Below, piece by piece: positions 37,692 to 47,387 of a stretch of DNA of 64,000 nucleotides (position 1 is the first letter of the stretch; every line of letters starts with the position of its first letter). Position numbers and translations under genes: made by a program. Below the pieces are notes generated by a model. That model was not told the origin of the DNA. It did not search any database and saw only the letters and a list, made by a program, of their open reading frames with translations. The DNA is from Spirochaetaceae bacterium (GTDB lineage: Bacteria; Spirochaetota; Spirochaetia; DSM-27196; SKKC01), in NCBI GenBank assembly GCA_007694005.1, contig RECN01000104.1, positions 44,029 to 108,028 on the forward strand. Reading direction: 5' to 3'.

Positions 37692-38627
37692 ATGAGTGAG
37701 ACCATCATTGACGTATCCCACCTGTACAAGAGCTACGGTTCCTTCCGGGCAGTGTCGAACGTCAGCTTCAGAGTCCAGAAGTCAAGCTGCGTAGCGTTTC
37801 TGGGCCCGAATGGAGCCGGAAAAACAACGATCATGAAAACGCTCTACGGGCGTGCCACACCCGATGCACACAGCGACACACGGATGCGGGTTTTCGATTT
37901 CGACCCCCGTACACAGGAGCTGAACATCAAAGCCCGTACCGGAGTGGTTCCGCAGGAAGACAATCTTGACGTGGAGCTCAACGTCGCCCAGAATCTGTCG
38001 ATTTACGCGGCATTCTACGGTCTGTCGCGTTCATTCACCGAGCACCAGATTGACTATCTACTTGAGTTTATGGAACTCGGCGACCGGAGGAAGGCAAAAG
38101 TCCGGGAACTGTCCGGTGGAATGCAACGCAGACTGATTATCGCGCGTGCTCTTCTGAATAACCCTGAACTCCTGATCCTCGATGAACCGACAACCGGACT
38201 CGATCCGCAGGTCAGACAGGTAATCTGGGATAAACTGCACGGACTGAAAAGGAACGGGACGACAATCCTTCTTACGACACACTATATGGACGAAGCCTAT
38301 CAACTTGCCGACGACGTGATAATCATGGACAAGGGTGAGTCGGTCATGGCTGGTACCCCTCGCGGCCTGCTTGAGGAGCACATGGAGTCGCATGTGTTTG
38401 AGCTTACCGCCCCTGAACTGGCGGATTCACTGGAGTCGTCGCTCGCACCCTCCGATGTATGGAGGCGTGAAGATTCGAGCGCCCGCATCCTGTACTATTG
38501 CAGCAGCCAGGACACGCTGACACGCATGACACACGCCGTTCCGGCAGGCAGATATATCGTCAGACCAGTCAATCTTGAGGATCTTTTTATTCACGCAACG
38601 GGGAGACGACTGAATGAACTCCAGTAG
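37692..38627 (+). CDS. ABC transporter ATP-binding protein (ABC-2/NodI/DrrA-like exporter)
   Basis: ORF 37641-38627. ATG 37692 gives MSETIIDVSHLYKSYG. Walker A is GPNGAGKTT, the signature is LSGGMQRRL and Walker B is LLILDEPTTGLD. Confidence 0.85.
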   Translation: MSETIIDVSHLYKSYGSFRAVSNVSFRVQKSSCVAFLGPNGAGKTTIMKTLYGRATPDAHSDTRMRVFDFDPRTQELNIKARTGVVPQEDNLDVELNVAQNLSIYAAFYGLSRSFTEHQIDYLLEFMELGDRRKAKVRELSGGMQRRLIIARALLNNPELLILDEPTTGLDPQVRQVIWDKLHGLKRNGTTILLTTHYMDEAYQLADDVIIMDKGESVMAGTPRGLLEEHMESHVFELTAPELADSLESSLAPSDVWRREDSSARILYYCSSQDTLTRMTHAVPAGRYIVRPVNLEDLFIHATGRRLNELQ

Positions 38628-39471
38628 ATCACATGTAGACGGACCCGAGCTCGAAGAGCACGACGGTCGAAAACGATCGTCAACATCCCGCGCTCACCGC
38701 CACCTGCCTCCGCGCTTCGTGCACAGGGTGTACAGTGTCTGGCTGCGACACGTGCGGGTCTACTCACGGAACCTGTTGAGCAATGCCCTCCCGCCTTTTC
38801 TTGAGCCACTTGTCTTCCTCGTGGGCATAGGACTCGGGCTCGGTGAGTTCATTAGCGAGATGGAGGGACTTCCGTTCCTGCAGTATCTCGCAAGCGGACT
38901 TCTCGTAACCGCGGCCATGTTCACCGCTGCGTTCGAATGCACATTTGGCACCTTTATCCGGCTCGAGTTTGACAAGGTATATCAGGGAATGCTCGGCTCG
39001 CCGGTTACCGCGAACAACCTTATACTCGGCGAAATGATATGGGCCGGGACCAAAGGTTTTACCTTTACGCTGAGTGTCACCCTGATCGTCGCCGCGTTCG
39101 GTATACTGTCGCCGCTTCGAATCATCATAGCTCCCTTCATAGGTTTCCTGACCGGGCTCATGTTTGCCTGCCTTTCACTCCTGATCACAAGCTTCGTGAA
39201 GACGATCAACCACTTCAACTTCTACTTTTCGGCGTTCATCTCACCGATGTTCTTTTTCGGAGGCGTCGTCTTTCCGATCGAAAACCTCCCGGCCGTCACG
39301 CGACCGATCACGGAAGCTTTGCCGCTTACGCATTCAGTGCGACTCGTACGCGCATTCGCCTTCATGGATTTCGAGATGATACATCTCTGGGACCTCGCCT
39401 ACATCGTGCTGTTCATTGGCCTGGTCGGGACTGCCGCAATGGTCCGGTTGAAGCGGCGGCTCATCGACTGA
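38614..39471 (+). CDS. ABC-2-type transporter permease (NodJ-like)
   Basis: 285-aa ORF with 6 hydrophobic segments. Overlaps the ATPase gene by 14 nt. GGGGAG RBS. Confidence 0.75.
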   Translation: MNSSRSHVDGPELEEHDGRKRSSTSRAHRHLPPRFVHRVYSVWLRHVRVYSRNLLSNALPPFLEPLVFLVGIGLGLGEFISEMEGLPFLQYLASGLLVTAAMFTAAFECTFGTFIRLEFDKVYQGMLGSPVTANNLILGEMIWAGTKGFTFTLSVTLIVAAFGILSPLRIIIAPFIGFLTGLMFACLSLLITSFVKTINHFNFYFSAFISPMFFFGGVVFPIENLPAVTRPITEALPLTHSVRLVRAFAFMDFEMIHLWDLAYIVLFIGLVGTAAMVRLKRRLID

Positions 39472-39479
39472 ACAGAGGG

Positions 39480-42400
39480 TCACGTCAGACGCACGGTTCT
39501 GATCTCGAAAGGTTTAAAGGTCATCTTCAATTGCCCGTTTCTGAGGGACACGGTGCCCGTTTGCGTCTCAAGAAGGTCGGTCTCTACGGCGCTGTGGTAT
39601 GTGTCCGGAACATGAATTACGGCGGTATCCCGACGACCAAGACATTCGTAGATTCGAAGAACGGTTCCCTGAAGGTCTTCAGCCGGTTTGGCAAGTTCAA
39701 GTTTCACGCTTTGTGACTCCACCCGGAAGTAGGACGCCTGCGGCAGAGCGGGCACGGATTTTCCGATATCAGCTACGAGTGCTGGTGCGTTCAGTTCGTG
39801 CGCGCGTCTGACGACTGCCATCTGGTCCTGCCGTCCGGCGTGCGGGTAGTACGCGAAGGTAAACGCGTGAACAGCGATATCGGCTTCGGGATCAGGGTCT
39901 TTCGGGCTTCGCAGGAGCGTCAGCTCCATGGATGTTCCGTGTATCCTGTGGCCGTACTTGCAGTCGTTCAACAGAGCCAGTCCGGCGTCTTCGCGGCTCA
40001 GATCCGCATAGCGGTGAGCGGCCACCTCGAAACGAGCTTCATCCCAGGACGTGTTCATGTGCGTCGGCCGGTTGACCTGCCCGAACTGTATCTCGTAACG
40101 GGCGGTGTCCGCACGGATCGCCGTTTCGGCTCCGACTCGAAGCATGCAGTGTTCCTCTTTCCAGTCGACGACGCAGGACACATACACGACCGGACTGCCT
40201 GCCTCGAGATAGATGGTCTGATCGATCGTCGAAATGCCGATCCGGAATTTCATACGAACCGATGCTGAAAAACCTGATTCCTCGCCGACCTGCATCGTTT
40301 CAAGTACGGCGAACTCGGGAACGGTCTCACGATAATAATGGCTCACATCCCAGGCATCATACTTGTAGGGTCGGTCCTCCCAGAGGGTATATACGGCAGC
40401 AGGACCCTGCAGATATTCCTGATCCAGGTCTTTCCGGAAAATCGACGTAATGCTGCCATCTTTCCCGATAGAGACTTTGACAAACTCGTTCTCGAGTTCT
40501 TCAGCGCGCGCGCTGACCGGTCCGTGTTCAGGGACAGAGTCTGCGGCAGACGAATGCCCGGGATCGGACTCAGCATCGGTGATCGTGGTGTATCCACTTG
40601 CCGGTACAGGAACCCTTACCTGCACGCCTCCATCCGATCGCCGGACAACAGGACAGGGAGTTCCATCTCCCGTCATTACCGTCGGCAGGGAAGAGCCTTC
40701 CTCACGGAAGGTAAGCAGGACGACGCGATCCCATGACAGGGTATTAAACACAACGAGGGGACGGCCGGTCTCCAGAACCTCTCCTGAAACGAGTTCCCGG
40801 ACCTCTGCATTTTTCTGACTCAGAAGGCTCGCGAGAAGGCCATCTCGCATTTCCGTCAGCTCCGCGACGGCCGAGATCGACTCCCGATGAGCGTCGCGAT
40901 ACACCCAGTTGATCGATGATCCGGGAAGAATGTCGTGAAACTGGTTCAGGAGCGTCTGTTTCCAGATGCGGTCGCGTTCGGCGTTCCCTTCCTGCGCCGT
41001 GCCGGTCAGTGTCACAAGCAGCTCAACGTCGTGGAGCAGATGCTCGATTCTGCGATTCAGTTTCTTCATCAGAGCCTGAGTCGTATACGTGCCGCGGTGA
41101 AACTCGAGGTACAGCTCACCGACCCATTTCGGCAGTGTATGCGCGGGAATCTCGCGCAGGGTCTCGAAGAAGCGCTCGGCAGGGGCCATTTTCACCCGGG
41201 GCATCCCCTCTGTGTCTGAACCACGCCGTGCGCGTTCAATATGCTTCCTCGACGGCCCACCTCCACCGTCGCCGACACCGTACAGATTCAGGAACCCGTC
41301 GAACTGCGGCGACTGATGAAAGCGCTGCTCCGACGCGATGAGTTTTGCCGGTTCGTTGGAGAGGTTGTAATCGTTCGTCGGCAGGAAGTGGCTGCGTATG
41401 GTCGTCCCGTCGATCCCCTCCCAGAGGAAGGTATGATGCGGGAACACGTTTCGCTCGTTCCAGGAAATTTTCTGTGTCATGAAAATGTCGACACCGGCTT
41501 TCCTGAGAATCTGCGGAAGAGCAGCCGAATAACCGAATACATCCGGTAACCAGAGATTACGCACATCGATATCGAACTCGTCGCGATAAAAACGCTTACC
41601 GTGTACGAGTTGCCGGACAAGCGACTCACCGGAGGGAATGTTCATGTCGGGTTCTACCCACATCGCGCCCTGCAGCTCCCATCTCCCCGTTTGCACCGCC
41701 GTTCGGACCTGTTCATACAAAGCGGGATAATCTTCTTTGACCCAGGAGAACAGCTGTGGCTGTGATGCACCGAATACGTAGTCGGGATACTCATCGAGCA
41801 TGCGCAGGACGGTTGCAAAGGTGCGACCTCCCTTCCTGCGGGTTTCCCGGACCGGCCACAGCCACCCGAGATCGATGTGCGCGTGGCCTACCGACCAGGC
41901 AGTTGGTGCACTGTCGACAGCGGAATGCCCGAGAAGTCGTGAGGTAATTGCACGCGCCTCTTCCAGCCCCTTTCCGTCCGCCCAGACATTCGCGACCTCG
42001 TTCAGCCCGTGGAAAATTTTACGCGCCCGTGTGGTCTGCTCAGGGATCGCTTCGGCGAGGCCAAACAGAAACTCGAGATCGAGATAGAGCTGCCACTGCT
42101 CCGGGTCGAATAATGCAATTTCAGCCTGTCGGAGCACGAAAGGCTCGGGAGCCCGGCGAAACCCGAACAGACCATTGGCCGCCGCTTCAACGAGCAGCTC
42201 AACTCCTTCGCCTCCCCGAACCGTTCCCAGAGGGACGCGTCGCTTTACTTCAAGGACATCGTCGGTCCACTTGTAGGTCAGTCCCATCCACGGTACACCA
42301 TCCCGAAACACACAGCCCTCAGCACCGACATCAACGAGCGCGACAGCAGTCTTGCCAGCCCAGTCGGTGGGCACCGTTGCGCGAAACCTGAACCAGGCGC

Positions 42401-42593
42401 TGTCCCAGAGGGCACCCCACTCCTGGCCTGTCTGTACAGGCGTGAATGTCGTGTCGTCAAGCTCAAGAATCGAAATCGGATCACGGCTGTGCACAAACGT
42501 CGCTTCAAGTGGTCGATGGTCCCGATAATAGCTGGTCCGTATCCGTTCAATCAGTTGTGCGACTCTCTGTCTCGTAATTGATAGCTTATACAT
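39480..42593 (-). CDS. Alpha-mannosidase, GH38 (cytoplasmic)
   Basis: 1037-aa ORF. Contains the GH38 metal/catalytic region GHAHIDLGWLWPVRETRRKGGRTFATVL, plus WLPDVFGYSAALPQIL and NQFHDILPGSSI. No signal peptide. Confidence 0.85.
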   Translation of the reverse strand: MYKLSITRQRVAQLIERIRTSYYRDHRPLEATFVHSRDPISILELDDTTFTPVQTGQEWGALWDSAWFRFRATVPTDWAGKTAVALVDVGAEGCVFRDGVPWMGLTYKWTDDVLEVKRRVPLGTVRGGEGVELLVEAAANGLFGFRRAPEPFVLRQAEIALFDPEQWQLYLDLEFLFGLAEAIPEQTTRARKIFHGLNEVANVWADGKGLEEARAITSRLLGHSAVDSAPTAWSVGHAHIDLGWLWPVRETRRKGGRTFATVLRMLDEYPDYVFGASQPQLFSWVKEDYPALYEQVRTAVQTGRWELQGAMWVEPDMNIPSGESLVRQLVHGKRFYRDEFDIDVRNLWLPDVFGYSAALPQILRKAGVDIFMTQKISWNERNVFPHHTFLWEGIDGTTIRSHFLPTNDYNLSNEPAKLIASEQRFHQSPQFDGFLNLYGVGDGGGGPSRKHIERARRGSDTEGMPRVKMAPAERFFETLREIPAHTLPKWVGELYLEFHRGTYTTQALMKKLNRRIEHLLHDVELLVTLTGTAQEGNAERDRIWKQTLLNQFHDILPGSSINWVYRDAHRESISAVAELTEMRDGLLASLLSQKNAEVRELVSGEVLETGRPLVVFNTLSWDRVVLLTFREEGSSLPTVMTGDGTPCPVVRRSDGGVQVRVPVPASGYTTITDAESDPGHSSAADSVPEHGPVSARAEELENEFVKVSIGKDGSITSIFRKDLDQEYLQGPAAVYTLWEDRPYKYDAWDVSHYYRETVPEFAVLETMQVGEESGFSASVRMKFRIGISTIDQTIYLEAGSPVVYVSCVVDWKEEHCMLRVGAETAIRADTARYEIQFGQVNRPTHMNTSWDEARFEVAAHRYADLSREDAGLALLNDCKYGHRIHGTSMELTLLRSPKDPDPEADIAVHAFTFAYYPHAGRQDQMAVVRRAHELNAPALVADIGKSVPALPQASYFRVESQSVKLELAKPAEDLQGTVLRIYECLGRRDTAVIHVPDTYHSAVETDLLETQTGTVSLRNGQLKMTFKPFEIRTVRLT

Positions 42594-42609
42594 CTGTTAC
42601 TCCGTTGGT

Positions 42610-44565
42610 TCAGGACTTCGTGCCGTTTCCGGATGATTCGACCACGGTCTTTGCATCAGCGGCCATGAACCGTACAGTCTTCACCTTCTTCGGCGACAAC
42701 CGCGTTCCGAGCGCTTTTGCACTTTTTATCAGAAAACCGTCGACAGGAAAGCTCTCTTCGGTTACCTGCATGCGCGGGGTCGCGACGTAGCGAACGTAGG
42801 CAGCAATGTTGTCCCGGGTCGTCACAGCCTGTATCTGTGCTCCCCTCGGTATCAGCTCATATGTCTTTTCGAGTATGTACTGCTCGATACGACACCGTTT
42901 CAGATACGCGCAGCCGCTCTTCCGGTCTATGTAGGCGACGTTGAATACTTTCTGTGCAAGAGAGTCTTTATCCGCTATTCCACAGGAAAGCATACCTTTG
43001 TCGACGAACAGTTTCTCCGGCACCCGGATTACCTGGTAGGTGCCTCCCGCCCTGACGACGAGGATGCGGTCAAACTCGTTGACCTTGAAGAGTTCCTTGC
43101 CGCCGTGAACACCGTAACCGAGATAACCCGTTGCGTCGTCGTATCGAAGCGACAGGTTACGTCCGATGACTTCGCGGGCATCAACCTGCTCGAAACTTGC
43201 AATCTCCGTCCGCCTTTCGTGCAGCGTTTCCTGCTCGCTCACAAGGCCGTCAAGAAAACCTATTGCATACGTGACAAGGTCTGCGAGGTGTTTCCTGACG
43301 GTCTCGAGCCGTTCCTTGATCTTCTTCATTTCGTTTCGCGCTTTATCTATGTCATAGCGCGAGATGCGTCGGATCGGAATGCGAAGCAGTCGCTCTACAT
43401 CATCTTCGGTGATAGCCCGTCGGATCTCTTTGTGAAAGGGTTTAAACCCTTCGATTACGGTCGCAACGATTGCTTCCTGAGATCGTTCTTCTTCGATGCG
43501 CTTGTACAGGCGCTCTTCGATGAAGATCCGTTCGAGTGTCCGGGCGTGAAGATCGTCGAGCAGATGCCCTTTCTCAAGTTCGAGCTCCCGCTTGAGAATC
43601 TCGACGAGACGAGCGGCGTGGTACTCGATTATTTCGGTAACGGTCATGGAGACGGGTTTGTTATCCCGAATCAGAAGAAGATTTGCCGAGATTGACTGTT
43701 CACAGTCGGTAAACGCATACAGCGCGTCGACTACGTCGGCAGCGTACACACCACGAGCGAGTTTGATTTCCAGTTCGACCTGCTCGGTCGTATAGTCCTG
43801 TATGCTCTGTATCTTTACCGACCCCTTACGCGCGGCATTCTCAATGGACTGCATCAGTGACTCGGTCGTTGTTCCGAATGGAACCTCCCGGATTACGATG
43901 CGTTTCGGGTCTGATGTATCGAGTTTCGCACGGACACGGACCTTGCCCTGACCGTCGGCATAATCTGATACATCGACCAGTCCTCCTCCGGGAAAATCGG
44001 GAAAGAGCCGGAACTCATCGCCACGGAGACAGGCCTGCACCGCCTGTATTACTTCAATGAGATTATGCGGAAGGATGCGTGTCGACATGCCGACCGCGAT
44101 ACCTTCGGCACCGAGCGCGAGAATAACCGGAATCTTGGCCGGAAAGGTAACCGGCTCCTGGTTTCTGCCGTCATAGCTCGGCTCGAAATCGGTCAGCTCC
44201 GGGTTATACAGAACCTTTTTTGCGAACGGAAGGACTCGACATTCGATATAGCGCGCGGCGCTCGCTTCATCACCGGTCAGGATGTTGCCGAAGTTACCCT
44301 GTTTGTCGATGAACAGATCACGCGAGGCAAGACCTACCAGTGCTGCGTAGATCGACGAATCGCCGTGCGGATGATACTTCATGCAGTGCCCGACGACGTT
44401 AGCCACTTTATGAAACTTACCGTCATCGATCTCAAATAGACTGTGGAGAATGCGGCGCTGTACCGGCTTCAGTCCGTCGTCTATGTGCGGTATAGCCCTG
44501 TCCTTGATCACATAGCTCGCGTACTCAAGGAAGTTATTGTTAAACAGCGTGTTTACGTATGCCAT
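42610..44565 (-). CDS. parC: Type IIA topoisomerase subunit A, short form (topoisomerase IV ParC-like)
   Basis: 651-aa ORF. YASYVIKDRAIPHIDDGLKPVQRRILHSL, KYHPHGDSSIYAALV and the active-site context AARYIECR (catalytic Tyr) are present. The CTD is truncated relative to GyrA. Sits directly downstream of the B subunit. Confidence 0.75.
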   Translation of the reverse strand: MAYVNTLFNNNFLEYASYVIKDRAIPHIDDGLKPVQRRILHSLFEIDDGKFHKVANVVGHCMKYHPHGDSSIYAALVGLASRDLFIDKQGNFGNILTGDEASAARYIECRVLPFAKKVLYNPELTDFEPSYDGRNQEPVTFPAKIPVILALGAEGIAVGMSTRILPHNLIEVIQAVQACLRGDEFRLFPDFPGGGLVDVSDYADGQGKVRVRAKLDTSDPKRIVIREVPFGTTTESLMQSIENAARKGSVKIQSIQDYTTEQVELEIKLARGVYAADVVDALYAFTDCEQSISANLLLIRDNKPVSMTVTEIIEYHAARLVEILKRELELEKGHLLDDLHARTLERIFIEERLYKRIEEERSQEAIVATVIEGFKPFHKEIRRAITEDDVERLLRIPIRRISRYDIDKARNEMKKIKERLETVRKHLADLVTYAIGFLDGLVSEQETLHERRTEIASFEQVDAREVIGRNLSLRYDDATGYLGYGVHGGKELFKVNEFDRILVVRAGGTYQVIRVPEKLFVDKGMLSCGIADKDSLAQKVFNVAYIDRKSGCAYLKRCRIEQYILEKTYELIPRGAQIQAVTTRDNIAAYVRYVATPRMQVTEESFPVDGFLIKSAKALGTRLSPKKVKTVRFMAADAKTVVESSGNGTKS

Positions 44566-44569
44566 AGGG

Positions 44570-46474
44570 TCAGATCAGGTTTTCCATGATGTAGTCGCGA
44601 CGCTGCGGAGTATTCTTTCCCATATAAAACGTCAGGGTTTCGCGTATACTCTTGATGCTCTTGAGATTGACGGGAACGATCCGCATGTCTTCCCCGATAA
44701 ACTGACCGAACTCGCTCGGAGAAATCTCACCAAGGCCCTTGAACCGGGTAACCTCGGGGTTCCTGATCTCCGTGAGCGCATGATCACGCTCCCGTGCGTT
44801 GTAGCAGTAACGGGTTTCTTTCCTGTTTCGCACCCGAAACAGCGGTGTTTCAAGAATATACACGTGGCCTGCAAGCACAAGCTCCTCAAAATAATTCAGA
44901 AAGAACGTGAGCAACAGATTGCGGATGTGAAAGCCGTCGTGGTCGGCATCCGTTGCGATCACTACCCGTGCGTAGCGAAGATCTTCGATCGTGTTTTCTA
45001 TGCCGAGCGCCATCATCATGTTGTAGAGCTCTTCGTTCCGGTACAGGTCTGCGCGTTTACGACCGAAGACGTTCTGGGGCTTTCCTCGCAGACTGAAGAT
45101 CGCCTGTGTGTACACGTTTCGCGCACTCACCATACTCCCCGAGGCGCTCTGACCTTCGGTAATGAAGATGGTCGACTCCTCGCCTTTGGGTCCATCCTGC
45201 AGGTGGTTCTTACAGTCTTTCAGATTCGGAATCTTGAGCGCAATCTTGCGCGCGTTCTCCTTTGCGTCCTTCTTGACCGCCTGAAGCTCCTTGCGCAGCC
45301 GCTCGTTGTTCGCGATCTTATCGAGAAGGCGCTTCGAAGCGGTCTTGTTCCGGTGCAGATAATCAACCACCGCCGACTTCACTTCACCGACAATCCAGCC
45401 ACGGATCTCGGTATTTCCAAGCTTGTTCTTTGTCTGGCTCTCGAATATGGGAGCCGCAAGCTTGACCGCGATCGCTCCCGCGATACCTTCGCGTACGTCC
45501 ACACCGTTGTACTGCTTCTTGTAGAATTCGTTGACGCCTTTCAGAATGCCTTCCCGGAACGCAGACAGATGCGTGCCTCCGTCGGAGGTATACTGACCGT
45601 TTACAAAACTGAAAAACGTTTCTCCGTAGTTGTCGGTATGCGTGAAGCTCAGTTCGATGCGATCTCCGCGAAAATAGCCGATGTCATACATGGCTTCCTC
45701 GCCCACCTCTGCACTGAGCAGATCGAGCAGTCCGTTCGCACTCTCGAATACCTGCCGCCCGGAAGGTGCACCGATGCTTTTTGCATTCAATACAAGCGTC
45801 AGTCCGCTGTTCAGATACGCATAGTTCCACAGGCGTTGCTCGATGAACTCATAGTTAAAACGGTAGTCATCGAAGATATCCGTGTCAGGAGAAAAGACGA
45901 TCAGCGTTCCGTTCTTCTCCTTTTCTGCCTTCCCTTTGGTCTGCTTTTTCAGTTTGCCGCGTTCAAAGAGCGCTTCCGCGTACTGCCCGTCACGAACAGC
46001 ACGCACACGAAAACTCGTTGAAAGAGCATTGACCGCTTTCGTTCCCACGCCGTTGAGCCCCACGGAAAACTGGAACACTTCGTCGCTGTATTTCGCCCCG
46101 GTGTTGATGACGCTTACGCATTCAACGATCTTTCCCAGAGGTATTCCGCGACCATAATCGCGTACGGTCACCTCCGACCCATCAAAGGAGATCTCCACCC
46201 TGCTGCCGTGGCCCATTATGAACTCATCGACAGCGTTATCGATCACCTCTTTCAGAAGGATGTAGATCCCGTCGTCCTGATTCGATCCGTCGCCGAGGCG
46301 TCCAATGTACATGCCTGTTCGCAGCCGAATGTGCTCAAGTGAACTGAGCGTCTTGATCTTGCTCTCGTCGTACACCGCGGCGCTATCTGTCTGCTTCGCG
46401 GATTTCTGGGCCGGCCTGGTTCCGGCACTCGCTTTGGTGACGGTTTTTTTCTTCGCTGTTCTCGCCATGATCAC
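44570..46474 (-). CDS. parE: Type IIA topoisomerase subunit B (topoisomerase IV ParE-like)
   Basis: 634-aa ORF. The GHKL ATPase has LEHIRLRTGMYIG, EVIDNAVDE, DYGRGIP and GLNGVGTKAVNALS. The Toprim domain has IFITEGQSASG and IATDADHDGFHI. Confidence 0.75.
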   Translation of the reverse strand: MIMARTAKKKTVTKASAGTRPAQKSAKQTDSAAVYDESKIKTLSSLEHIRLRTGMYIGRLGDGSNQDDGIYILLKEVIDNAVDEFIMGHGSRVEISFDGSEVTVRDYGRGIPLGKIVECVSVINTGAKYSDEVFQFSVGLNGVGTKAVNALSTSFRVRAVRDGQYAEALFERGKLKKQTKGKAEKEKNGTLIVFSPDTDIFDDYRFNYEFIEQRLWNYAYLNSGLTLVLNAKSIGAPSGRQVFESANGLLDLLSAEVGEEAMYDIGYFRGDRIELSFTHTDNYGETFFSFVNGQYTSDGGTHLSAFREGILKGVNEFYKKQYNGVDVREGIAGAIAVKLAAPIFESQTKNKLGNTEIRGWIVGEVKSAVVDYLHRNKTASKRLLDKIANNERLRKELQAVKKDAKENARKIALKIPNLKDCKNHLQDGPKGEESTIFITEGQSASGSMVSARNVYTQAIFSLRGKPQNVFGRKRADLYRNEELYNMMMALGIENTIEDLRYARVVIATDADHDGFHIRNLLLTFFLNYFEELVLAGHVYILETPLFRVRNRKETRYCYNARERDHALTEIRNPEVTRFKGLGEISPSEFGQFIGEDMRIVPVNLKSIKSIRETLTFYMGKNTPQRRDYIMENLI

Positions 46475-46523
46475 CGCGGATACTATCAGAAACCGCGCTT
46501 GATGTCCTCACCCCCGGACAGAC

Positions 46524-47387
46524 TTGATTAACGCCCGGAATCATGACAACACTGTTGCTGTGACATCCTTCGGAAATGCGATCGTCAGATGTACGCTCCT
46601 CGGTGCTTTACTGTGCGGTCTCATCGTGCCGTTGACGGCAAACGAAGACGCCGAGGCGCTTCGGGAACAGCTGAACCGCGCCGAGACGCTCATCGAACAG
46701 GCGCGAAGCTATTTGCGGGACGGTCAATACGCAGATGCCAACGCAGCGGCACGACTCGCAAACAGCATAGTCCAGTCGCTGCCTTCGGATACCGCGTTTC
46801 GCCTTCGTGCACTGCGTGTTGACCCGGAGCGACACACGCGTCGTGACCCACCGGCGTTCACGGCTGTGCCACAGGCGCGTGTTCCCGCCCCACCAGGAGC
46901 TCGTGGAGCGGCCAGTCGGACCACCGATATTCTTACCGTTGAGGTTACTCCCACCGTAATTCGCAGCTACGACGCGCAGCGCAATCCATGGAATGGGGAT
47001 CAGATATATCTGTACAACGAAACAGCAGCTCGCGGTTCCTCGACCGGTGCACACCTGATTGCAGCGATAGACGTGCTTCGACCGGTTTCCGGGGCACCGT
47101 TCGATATTCGTGCGATGGAAATCCGTATTGGTAATGAGCGGTACCGCTTCGGCTTTCCAGACGAAACCGTAGCTCGTACACGCGACTCGCGCTGGTACCT
47201 CGAGTCTGTGCGAATACCGGTTGACGAGCAGTTACACCGGGAGATAGAGCGCGCACTGTCAGCACCGACAATCACGATAACGCTTGAAGGTAACGAGGAA
47301 CGCGTCCCCCTCGTCTTCGGAAGATCGGAGCGGGACGCGGTTCGTCGCATGCTAAACTGGGCGGCGGATTCGCCCGAGTCTGACTAA
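46524..47387 (+). CDS. Hypothetical secreted protein or lipoprotein
   Basis: 287-aa ORF with a TTG start. An in-frame GTG at 46560 would give VTSFGNAIVRCTLLGALLCGLIVPLTA, a signal peptide with a possible lipobox. I recognised no domain. Its stop overlaps the convergent clpC stop. Confidence 0.45.
   Translation: MINARNHDNTVAVTSFGNAIVRCTLLGALLCGLIVPLTANEDAEALREQLNRAETLIEQARSYLRDGQYADANAAARLANSIVQSLPSDTAFRLRALRVDPERHTRRDPPAFTAVPQARVPAPPGARGAASRTTDILTVEVTPTVIRSYDAQRNPWNGDQIYLYNETAARGSSTGAHLIAAIDVLRPVSGAPFDIRAMEIRIGNERYRFGFPDETVARTRDSRWYLESVRIPVDEQLHREIERALSAPTITITLEGNEERVPLVFGRSERDAVRRMLNWAADSPESD

Noticed and set aside
44537-46021. 494-aa ORF on the + strand, entirely antisense to parE
   Set aside because: It lies inside a gene whose minus-strand product has unmistakable GHKL/Toprim motifs. 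Its own translation has no recognisable motif, RBS or signal. Long stop-free antisense frames are expected in GC-rich coding DNA, so I treat it as a shadow ORF. Only Ribo-seq or proteomics could revive it.
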